Numbered from the stretch's first letter, positions 28,454 through 37,631 are shown. The stretch: DNA of 64,000 nucleotides from Patescibacteria group bacterium (GCA_028707495.1 JAQWAS010000004.1:3157-67156), one strand, 5' to 3'. Program-made: numbers and translations. Notes: a model not told the origin generated them from the letters alone.

Positions 28454-28984
28454 ATCGCTTACCGTAGAAAAAAGAAAAAAACTCAAAATTTGCCTTATTA
28501 TCGAATTAATCATAAAATCCAAGCTCCGGAGGTTAGGCTTGTTGGCACAGATGAAGAATATATTGGAGTTGTTTCATTGAATGAGGCATTAAAACAAGCC
28601 GAAGAGGCTGGTCTAGATTTAGTTGAAATTTCCCCTAAAGCTGAACCACCGGTAGTAAAAATTACTGATTTTGGTAGTTTTAAATATAATTTGCAAAAAC
28701 AAAATAAAAAAAATAAAATTACCAAAGAATCTAAGGGTATTCGCCTTTCACCACGCATTGGTGAACACGATTTGTCAGTTAAGATTGAACAAACTCAAAA
28801 ATTTATAGAAAAAAACTATAAAGTCAAAATTGAAATGTTATTAAAAGGCAGAGAAAAGGCTCACAAGGATATTGCCCAAGACATTATTACGGGATTTATT
28901 AAAAATTTGGGAGAAAATATTGAGATTGAGCAACCGTTAACTCATCAAGGTCATAAATTTATAACTGTGATTAAAAAGAAATAA
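28454..28984 (+). CDS. infC: Translation initiation factor IF-3 (probable non-AUG ATC start at 28454)
   Basis: RIN..I.A.EVRL, GLDLVEISP...PPVVKI.D.G, I..HD...K; no in-frame ATG; promoter TTGACT-17-TATAAT at 28412-28440. Confidence 0.93.
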   Translation: MAYRRKKKKTQNLPYYRINHKIQAPEVRLVGTDEEYIGVVSLNEALKQAEEAGLDLVEISPKAEPPVVKITDFGSFKYNLQKQNKKNKITKESKGIRLSPRIGEHDLSVKIEQTQKFIEKNYKVKIEMLLKGREKAHKDIAQDIITGFIKNLGENIEIEQPLTHQGHKFITVIKKK

Positions 28985-28998
28985 TTTATTTGTAAAAT

Positions 28999-29193
28999 AT
29001 GTCTAAAAAAATTAAAACTCGTAAAGCTGTTGCTAAACGTTTTACTATAACTAAAAAAGGTAAAGTTCAACATCGCACTTGTGGTCAAGGTCATTTTAAT
29101 GCTCGCGAAGACAGTAAAACTACTCGCAATAAACGTCAAGACAAAACTTTATCACCCAGTAACCAAAAATTAATTAAAAAATCAATTCATTAA
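28999..29193 (+). CDS. rpmI: 50S ribosomal protein L35
   Basis: K.KT.KAVAKRF.IT..GK; infC-rpmI-rplT synteny. Confidence 0.93.
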   Translation: MSKKIKTRKAVAKRFTITKKGKVQHRTCGQGHFNAREDSKTTRNKRQDKTLSPSNQKLIKKSIH

Positions 29194-29199
29194 AAATAT

Positions 29200-29553
29200 A
29201 TGCCTAGAGTTAAACGTGGAGCCACTCATAACAAAAAAAGACGTAATTTATTAAAACAAGTTAAGGGCTATCGAGGTGGTCGAAAAAAACTTATCCGTCA
29301 AGCCAAAACCGCTGTTAAAAAGGCAGGTGCTTATAGCTATCGTGATCGCCGAAATAAAAAAAGAACTACCCGCAGTTTATGGCAAATTAATATCAATTCG
29401 GCTTGTCGCCAGCTTGAAACTACTTATAGTAAGTTTATTGATAATTTAAAAAAGAATAAAATTGAATTAGATCGTAAGGTTTTAGCAGATTTAGCTGAAA
29501 ATGAACCCAAAGTTTTTGAACAGCTTATTAAGCAAGTTACGCCTAAAAAATAA
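29200..29553 (+). CDS. rplT: 50S ribosomal protein L20
   Basis: MPRVKRG, KGYRG, YRDRR.KKR..R.LW, LDRKVLADLA. Confidence 0.97.
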   Translation: MPRVKRGATHNKKRRNLLKQVKGYRGGRKKLIRQAKTAVKKAGAYSYRDRRNKKRTTRSLWQININSACRQLETTYSKFIDNLKKNKIELDRKVLADLAENEPKVFEQLIKQVTPKK

Positions 29554-29560
29554 TTATCTA

Positions 29561-29634
29561 GGGGACGTAGTTCAGTCGGTTAGAACGCTTGCCTGTCACG
29601 CAAGAGGTCGCCGGTTCGAGCCCGGTCGTCCCCG
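29561..29634 (+). tRNA. tRNA-Asp(GTC)
   Basis: Canonical cloverleaf GGGGACG/CGTCCCC, anticodon loop CTGTCAC, G73; CCA not encoded. Confidence 0.96.
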
Positions 29635-29687
29635 TTTGATATAAAAAAGAGCAGCCCATCGGACTGCTGTTTTTTATACCTAAAAAC

Positions 29688-29725
29688 TTATCCACATTGG
29701 CTTTATTCTTAAAATAAGGTATACT
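29688..29725 (+). promoter_or_regulatory. DnaA box plus sigma70 promoter of acidic microprotein 1
   Basis: TTATCCACA immediately followed by TTGGCT-17 nt-TATACT. Confidence 0.6.
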
Positions 29726-29812
29726 CTTAATGAGTGCCGGCTGATTTTTTTTAAAATGGTCGAACAGCTTTTAAAACACTCTTTTTTTTATTAAATCATA
29801 ATTCAAATAAAT

Positions 29813-29989
29813 ATGTTTAATTATTTTGATGATATGCAAAATATTTCTAATGATGATGATGCTATTTCAACTGAAGAGATAACCGAAACACCAGAGGAAA
29901 TCACCGAAGAAGTCGCTGAAACACCAGAGGAAGTAATTGAAGAAGACTCAGAAATATTAGAAGAAGACAATCAAGAAGACGTAGAATAG
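29813..29989 (+). CDS. Hyper-acidic microprotein 1 (58 aa; below the ORF-track cutoff)
   Basis: MFNYFDDMQNISNDDDAISTEEITETPEEITEEVAETPEEVIEEDSEILEEDNQEDVE; 25/58 D+E, no K/R/H; own promoter and terminator (30025-30057). Confidence 0.75.
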   Translation: MFNYFDDMQNISNDDDAISTEEITETPEEITEEVAETPEEVIEEDSEILEEDNQEDVE

Positions 29990-30064
29990 TCATCTGCATT
30001 CTAATGTAAAGAAAAAAATGGTAATAAAAAATCGGGCACAAAAGCTCGATTTTTTATTAAAAAC

Positions 30065-30110
30065 TTATCCACATTTTATTTATTGACTATTTTTTAAAAC
30101 TCTTTATAAT
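30065..30110 (+). promoter_or_regulatory. DnaA box plus sigma70 promoter of acidic microprotein 2
   Basis: TTATCCACA, then TTGACT...TATAAT. Confidence 0.65.
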
Positions 30111-30192
30111 TAAGTGTAATTTGATAATTTTAATATTTAAAGTTTGGATTGTCGAAGCCAAACTCCTCTAATAAGTTTAATAAAAAAAACAC

Positions 30193-30375
30193 ATGATCAA
30201 TTTTTACTTTGACGATGACTATACCACCGAAGAAGAAGTAGACGATGATGGTATGGTTGATGACGACATGGGTGGTGATGATGACATGTCAATAAGCGAT
30301 GACGATGATGTCACCACTGATGACAATGAAACAATTGAAGAAGACGAAGAAGAAGGCGATAGCGCCGAATGGTAG
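30193..30375 (+). CDS. Hyper-acidic microprotein 2 (60 aa)
   Basis: 30/60 D+E, no K/R/H; N-terminus MINFYFDDD resembles microprotein 1; terminator at 30391-30424. Confidence 0.75.
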   Translation: MINFYFDDDYTTEEEVDDDGMVDDDMGGDDDMSISDDDDVTTDDNETIEEDEEEGDSAEW

Positions 30376-30466
30376 TCTTTAAACTTATATAAAAAACCAG
30401 TCGTTTAAACGATTGGTTTTTTATTTATAAAATTTGACTTTTATAAAACTTGCAAGATTTATAAAA

Positions 30467-30673
30467 CTAAATTTCGGGTTCATCATCTTGAGTCTCAGTT
30501 TCTTCTTCTGGAGTTTCTTCTGGTAAAGTTGATTCTTGTGGAGTTTCTGTTGAGGCTGGAATTTCCGTTTCACCTGCTTCCTCTCTTGATTCCTTTTTAC
30601 CACCCTTACTTAAAAGAATAATTAAAACAACTAAAACTACAATGATAATTACCCACCAAATCCATTGTGACAT
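30467..30673 (-). CDS. Small single-TM protein with an acidic tail
   Basis: GAAAGGGGGTG SD before ATG (MSQWIWW..); TM helix, then an E/T/P-rich tail. Confidence 0.75.
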   Translation of the reverse strand: MSQWIWWVIIIVVLVVLIILLSKGGKKESREEAGETEIPASTETPQESTLPEETPEEETETQDDEPEI

Positions 30674-30900
30674 ATTTTTCACCCCCTTTCTAATAATTTG
30701 TCCAAATCTTTGATTTGGTTACAAATTATTAGCCCGTTTGCCCGCCGAATCGGTGGGCCTCAGGTGGGCAACGTTTATTAACGTTAAACCGCCTTAAACG
30801 AATTCTAATTTATAACCTTAATCTAGACAAATCATTTAAAATCTTGTTAATTAATCATTAACTAATTCCAGTATATCAATTAATTAATTTTATGGCAAAT

Positions 30901-31737
30901 TTAAATCAGTTGCATTTTTCTTTTTTTTAAACAACACGTTATAACTATAGCCGTAATAATTAAAATTAGGCTAGAAATATGACCCAAGCGCCACATACCA
31001 AATTCCGGTTGGCGGTCAATTCTTAAAAATTCTATCATAAAACGCCCCACCGAATAGAACCAAACATATGTAGTAAAAATTATCCCTGGTCTAATTAATT
31101 GCCCGCGAATTATTTTTTTAAATCTAAAAGCATGACTTATTAACAAAACACTACATGCTAAACAATTCCAAATTGATTGATATAAAAAGGTTGGGTGAAA
31201 AAATTGAAACAACACATATTTATCTACACGATTTGCCACATCAATCGGTATACCCCAATTTAAAATCGTTGGTAAACCATATAACTCTTGATTAAAATAA
31301 TTTCCCCAACGCCCCATAGCTTGACCAACAATTAAACCCACGACCAATATGTCTAACCATAACCAAAAAGGTAAATGATATTTGCGAGTATAAAAATAAA
31401 CTACTGCCACTCCAGCTATGACTCCCCCAAAAATTCCCATACCCCCTTGCCAAAATTTTAAAATATCAAGTGGCTGATACAAATAATATGGCATTTCACA
31501 CAAAACATGATAAATTCTTGCTCCAACTAAACCAAAAATTAACAAATAAAAAACTAATTGCCAAACATGATCAGAATGAATGTGATATTTTTTAGCTAAA
31601 TATAATATTAATCCTAGACCAAGTAAAATACCAACGACAATAAAAAAACCGTACCAATAAACAACCACCCCCTTAAATTCAAAGAGAATTGGTTGGGGGT
31701 GGTAAGTGTGTAATAATTTAATTAAACCAAAAGACAT
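30901..31737 (-). CDS. lgt: Prolipoprotein diacylglyceryl transferase
   Basis: YWYG, GARIYHV, W.GG..FGG, GQAMGRWGNYFNQELYG, HPTFLY, RF.IEFLR. Confidence 0.95.
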   Translation of the reverse strand: MSFGLIKLLHTYHPQPILFEFKGVVVYWYGFFIVVGILLGLGLILYLAKKYHIHSDHVWQLVFYLLIFGLVGARIYHVLCEMPYYLYQPLDILKFWQGGMGIFGGVIAGVAVVYFYTRKYHLPFWLWLDILVVGLIVGQAMGRWGNYFNQELYGLPTILNWGIPIDVANRVDKYVLFQFFHPTFLYQSIWNCLACSVLLISHAFRFKKIIRGQLIRPGIIFTTYVWFYSVGRFMIEFLRIDRQPEFGMWRLGHISSLILIITAIVITCCLKKRKMQLI

Positions 31738-31738
31738 G

Positions 31739-32572
31739 TTAGTTGCAACCACCAGTGGCTGCCGCTCCGGCTAAACTTAATTCTTTACTACAATCTTTGG
31801 GTTGCTTTTTAAAGCCTGAACATAAAGCATCTTTATAATTTTCTGGTGCGCGGGCTCCACGATATTCACTGCCATTAACAAAGACCTGAGGAGAACCCAT
31901 GACTCCCATTTCTATGTTTAAATTTTTCTCAGCCGCTAACAATTCTGCAGCTTCGTTGTTAAAACAATTTTCAATTTTTCCGATATCAACTTTGGCAGTC
32001 TGAGCAGCCTCTTTCCAACAAGTATTAATATTATCTAAAGTACACTTAGCATTAACTTCATCTACATAGTCCCACCATTTAGCTTGATCATATTTCCACA
32101 AACATAATTGTCTAACATCTTCGTTTAACTCATCAATACCGTGCATGGAACAATATTCTCCTTGATCGGTTAAACAAAATTGAGATAACTCTTCTGCCGT
32201 ACACTCACCCTGTTTGGCACAGTAATTTTCATAAATCACAAAATGCGGTTCTATTTTAGCATCTTTGTTAAATAATCTAGCAACTGGTCCCAGACCGACT
32301 TCAGCTTGTTCGCCATAGGGGCAAAAACTCATGACAAAAAACTTTAAAATAGGTTCTTTTTCATCTGGCGCATCAAAAGTCACAGCTTGATCTCCAGCAT
32401 CTGCTTGATCAGCTGTTAAATCATCGGTTGGGATAGATGGAATAGATGAAGTATTGTTAAAATTAACCAAGAGTAAGATCAAGGTTAAAATAGTAACTAC
32501 GGCAATTCCTACTGCAAGGCCTAAGACAAAAACCACTTTGGGTGGAGTGTCTTTAAAAAATTCTCTACTCAT
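31739..32572 (-). CDS. Membrane-anchored thioredoxin-fold (DsbA/GILT-like) protein
   Basis: N-terminal TM; FVMSFCPYG active-site-like motif; CSMHG..E; cis-Pro GSPQVFVNG. Confidence 0.75.
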   Translation of the reverse strand: MSREFFKDTPPKVVFVLGLAVGIAVVTILTLILLLVNFNNTSSIPSIPTDDLTADQADAGDQAVTFDAPDEKEPILKFFVMSFCPYGEQAEVGLGPVARLFNKDAKIEPHFVIYENYCAKQGECTAEELSQFCLTDQGEYCSMHGIDELNEDVRQLCLWKYDQAKWWDYVDEVNAKCTLDNINTCWKEAAQTAKVDIGKIENCFNNEAAELLAAEKNLNIEMGVMGSPQVFVNGSEYRGARAPENYKDALCSGFKKQPKDCSKELSLAGAAATGGCN

Positions 32573-32651
32573 AATTTTGTTAGTTAAATTAATTAAATTA
32601 TTTAATATTTTATTATACTACTTTAAATTAAACTTTCAAGCCATAAAGTGT

Positions 32652-33119
32652 TTATAAAATTTTTAATTTTTTTAAACCTGACCTAAATTGATCAACAGCC
32701 TGACGGGCTTGATAACTGTTAATATTAAAATTAGCCTCATGAACTAATTGATTTCTAAAACGATGAGCCGCATAAAGCTTGCCCAAAAATTGATATTTCT
32801 TGCAAGCTAGACTTAAGCGTTGTTGAAAGCTTCCACCCGTAAAATGCATATCTTGCAAAACCTGATCAAAAAGTTTATCAGCCTCAATAACGGCTATTTT
32901 TAAATCGCTCATCTGATTGGATTGAATTTTTTTATCAATTTCTCGCCACTGGCGCTGGATATCATTTTTATCTAAAGAATATAATTCTGGCGACCGATGA
33001 AAAAAATTTTTAATACGTTGAATGGGTCGATAAACAATCCACCAAGCAATCACAATAACACCCCCAATATATAACCACATTTTCAAAGGTAAAGACGGAA
33101 AATCTAAGTTAATCTGCAT
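32652..33119 (-). CDS. Membrane-anchored hypothetical protein with a HEPN-like RNxxxH motif
   Basis: N-terminal TM; AVIEADKLFD; AH..RNQLVHE. Confidence 0.75.
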   Translation of the reverse strand: MQINLDFPSLPLKMWLYIGGVIVIAWWIVYRPIQRIKNFFHRSPELYSLDKNDIQRQWREIDKKIQSNQMSDLKIAVIEADKLFDQVLQDMHFTGGSFQQRLSLACKKYQFLGKLYAAHRFRNQLVHEANFNINSYQARQAVDQFRSGLKKLKIL

Positions 33120-33123
33120 AAAA

Positions 33124-34572
33124 TTATTTATTAGCTGAATAGATGCGAGCTAAATCAAAAATTCTTTTTTCTCCCATAGCTGATCCAATAATTTGCAAAC
33201 CTGTTGGTAAATTTTCTGCTTGTCCGTTAGGTATAGATAAAGCTGGTAAACCAGCTAAATTTACTGGACAAGTATAAATATCTGATAAATACATTTGCAA
33301 AGGATCATTCATCTTTTCGCCCAATTTGAAAGCTGGCGTGGCGGTTGTTGGTGTCGCAATTAGATCAACATTTTCAAAGGCTTGTTCAAAGTCTCGTTGA
33401 ATTAAAGTTCTGATCTTTTGTGCTTGTAAATAGTAAGCGTCGCGATAACCAGCCGACAGAATATAAGTGCCTAAAATAATGCGACGCTTAACTTCACTAC
33501 CAAAACCTTTTTCACGAGTTTTAAAATAAACTTGTTCTAAATTGGTACTTTTAACTTTAGGATCATTGACGCTAGAATAACCATAACGCATACCGTCATA
33601 ACGTGCTAAATTTGATGACACTTCAGCCGGCATAATTAAATAATAACAAGCCAGGGCATATTCAAGATGTGGTAACTTCACTTCAATTATTTTATAATTT
33701 AATTTTTGTAACTCTCTTAAACTCCGTTTAAAGTTATTTTTTACGCCAATATCTAAATTAGTCATAAAACTATCACCCAAAACACCAATTACTAAATCTG
33801 TTTTTTTCTTATTAATTTTTCTCTCAAGAGGCTTAATTTGTTCTTCATTTAAACTAGTAGCATCTTTTAAATCATAACCCTGAATAGCATCAAAAATTAT
33901 TTCCATATCTTCTAAGTTTTGACTTAAGATTCCAATCTGATCCAATGATGACGCCATACTAATTAAACCATAACGAGAAATACGACCATAGGTTGGTTTA
34001 AAACCGTATAAGCCACAAAAAGCTGCTGGCTGACGGACAGAACCACCCGTATCTGATCCCAAAGCTATTAAACTCATTTGCGATGCCACGGCCACGGCCG
34101 AACCACCAGAAGATCCACCGGGTACCCTTTGAGTATCTAGGGGATTTTTAACTGGGCCAAACCAAGATGTTTCGTTTGAAGATCCCATGGCGAATTCATC
34201 TAGATTAGTTTTACCTAAAATTAAAGCACGCTGAGTTTTCAATTTTTCAATCACAGTCGCGTTAAAAGCTGGTGTGTAATTTTGTAATATCCTTGATCCA
34301 GCCGTTGTAATTAAATTTTTAGTCACAATATTATCTTTGATTGCCATCGGCACTCCCTCAATTAAGCCAATCTCCTTTTTTTCTTTAATTTTTTTGTCAA
34401 TCATTTCGGCTTGATGCACACTCTCTTCTTGATTTAAATTAATAAAAGCGTTTAAGTTTGGATTGTGAAGTTTAATTTGATCAAAATATAACTTAACTAT
34501 TTCTTGGCAAGAAAAAGTTTTTTTATTTAAACCTTGATGAAATTTTTTTATCGTTAATTTTGAAAAATCCAT
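33124..34572 (-). CDS. gatA: Asp-tRNA(Asn)/Glu-tRNA(Gln) amidotransferase subunit A
   Basis: GKTNLDEFAMGSS, PGGSSGGSA, LGSDTGGSVRQPA, SSNLARYDG; start probably MDFSKL. Confidence 0.97.
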   Translation of the reverse strand: MDFSKLTIKKFHQGLNKKTFSCQEIVKLYFDQIKLHNPNLNAFINLNQEESVHQAEMIDKKIKEKKEIGLIEGVPMAIKDNIVTKNLITTAGSRILQNYTPAFNATVIEKLKTQRALILGKTNLDEFAMGSSNETSWFGPVKNPLDTQRVPGGSSGGSAVAVASQMSLIALGSDTGGSVRQPAAFCGLYGFKPTYGRISRYGLISMASSLDQIGILSQNLEDMEIIFDAIQGYDLKDATSLNEEQIKPLERKINKKKTDLVIGVLGDSFMTNLDIGVKNNFKRSLRELQKLNYKIIEVKLPHLEYALACYYLIMPAEVSSNLARYDGMRYGYSSVNDPKVKSTNLEQVYFKTREKGFGSEVKRRIILGTYILSAGYRDAYYLQAQKIRTLIQRDFEQAFENVDLIATPTTATPAFKLGEKMNDPLQMYLSDIYTCPVNLAGLPALSIPNGQAENLPTGLQIIGSAMGEKRIFDLARIYSANK

Positions 34573-34573
34573 A

Positions 34574-34870
34574 TTAACCTTCAAAAATCTTTTTAACTTT
34601 TAAATATTGCCCTTGTGTTTGAGGCGCTTGCGAAATTAATCTTTCTTTAACTTCCAATTGAATCACATTAGCTTGATCAATTCGTGTGACATTTTTTAAA
34701 TTAATTGGACGATTAATTTTTAAATTTGAATCTATTTTAATTTTTTTAATTTGATCTACATAATCCAAAATCACCGACAAATCGTCGGCTAAAGCTTTTT
34801 TTTCCGATGGGGTTAATCTTAATCTAGCTAAACGACTAACCTCATCAATTTTTTGTAGCGTAATAGACAT
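34574..34870 (-). CDS. gatC: Amidotransferase subunit C
   Basis: LARL.L...E......L..ILDYV.QI, R.D, AP.....KV..I; directly upstream of gatA. Confidence 0.9.
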   Translation of the reverse strand: MSITLQKIDEVSRLARLRLTPSEKKALADDLSVILDYVDQIKKIKIDSNLKINRPINLKNVTRIDQANVIQLEVKERLISQAPQTQGQYLKVKKIFEG

Positions 34871-34909
34871 GTTAATTTATTATACATTTAATTTTAACTT
34901 TTATCAACC

Positions 34910-34954
34910 TTATCCACAATTTAATCTTGACTAATTTTAGTTGTATGCTAAACT
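34910..34954 (+). promoter_or_regulatory. DnaA box plus extended -10 promoter driving the ncRNA cluster
   Basis: TTATCCACA (34910-34918), TTGACT (34927), TGcTAAACT. Confidence 0.6.
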
Positions 34955-34984
34955 TAAATTATCTGTTCATTATAATTTTGATAA

Positions 34985-35062
34985 AACAGGAAAATGGTTT
35001 TCAATTCCGACAGTGAATTTCCCCTCCTTTCCCCACTTTTGGATTGTAATCATTTTCCTGTT
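34985..35062 (+). ncRNA. Long hairpin RNA with a C/U-rich apical loop (CCCCUCCUUUCCCC)
   Basis: aacaggaaaatggtt pairs with aatcattttcctgtt; inner caat-cc/ggattg and agtg/cact stems. Confidence 0.55.
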
Positions 35063-35070
35063 ATTTATGT

Positions 35071-35133
35071 GATGTAGTCGATAAATTCTCCTTATAAAGG
35101 AAATTGCGCTTAGCTTGCCCGATCGGCAACATC
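35071..35133 (+). ncRNA. Structured RNA module (possibly a highly diverged tRNA derivative)
   Basis: gatgtagtcga/tcggcaacatc closing stem; internal aattctcctt-ata-aaggaaatt hairpin. Confidence 0.4.
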
Positions 35134-35145
35134 GTCTTAATAATT

Positions 35146-35218
35146 ACTCGTGTAGCTCAATCAGGTAGAGCGTTACGTTGCTAACGTAAAGGTATAGGTT
35201 CAAATCCTATCGCGAGTT
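35146..35218 (+). tRNA. Atypical tRNA: GCT (Ser) anticodon on a short-variable-loop, tRNA-Gly-like body
   Basis: Full cloverleaf ACTCGTG/CGCGAGT, GCTC/GAGC, TTACG-TTGCTAA-CGTAA, 4-nt variable loop, ATAGG-TTCAAAT-CCTAT, U73. Confidence 0.8.
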
Positions 35219-35230
35219 ATTTTAAAAATT

Positions 35231-35301
35231 GCCTGTGTAACTCAATAACAGAGATTAGTCATTAAAATTATGTGTTGCGGGTTCAAATATCACCACAGGC
35301 G
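35231..35301 (+). pseudogene. Degenerate tRNA-like element
   Basis: Perfect GCCTGTG/CACAGGC acceptor, TA at 8-9, GGTTCAAAT T-loop; anticodon and T stems mismatched. Confidence 0.65.
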
Positions 35302-35311
35302 AATTTTGTAA

Positions 35312-35443
35312 GGGTGCGTAATCTGTTCAAAGGCAAGAATCTTAAACTGACAAAGTCAGGACTATAATAACCGAATTGTGTCTGGCAGGGGGTAACTAAG
35401 GTTAAAATAGTTGGTTCCGGCGTCTTAATGGGGAGCGCACCCC
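35312..35443 (+). ncRNA. Expanded tRNA-derived structured RNA (~130 nt)
   Basis: GGGTGCG/CGCACCC acceptor-like stem, GTTC-AAAGGCAA-GAAT D-like arm, CTGAC-AAA-GTCAG hairpin, extra inserted sequence. Confidence 0.5.
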
Positions 35444-35456
35444 TTTTCTTTTGTAG

Positions 35457-35485
35457 CAAAAATCGCTTAAATAGCGATTTTTTTA
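35457..35485. terminator. Bidirectional terminator between the ncRNA cluster and ligA
   Basis: aaaaatcgct-taaat-agcgattttttt. Confidence 0.75.
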
Positions 35486-35498
35486 TTTAGTTTTAATT

Positions 35499-37595
<2,097 letters not shown>

Positions 37596-37597
37596 TC

Positions 37598-37631
37598 AAA
37601 AAAGGAGCGTTTTGACACGCTCCTTTTTTTT
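37598..37631. terminator. Rho-independent terminator
   Basis: aaaaaaggagcgt-tttgac-acgctccttttttt. Confidence 0.75.

Noticed and set aside
29688-30110. Replication origin
   Set aside because: Only isolated DnaA boxes tied to promoters; no dense cluster, no dnaA/dnaN, and no switch in gene orientation.
35071-35133. Possible Y RNA (Ro60 partner)
   Set aside because: The closing stem lacks the bulged-C GUCCGA/UUGAC Ro-binding helix, and there is no TROVE/rtcB gene in the window.
35312-35443. RNase P RNA, SRP RNA, 6S RNA or a known riboswitch
   Set aside because: No GAGGAAAGUCC P4 motif, no SRP domain IV motif and no riboswitch consensus that I can recognise.
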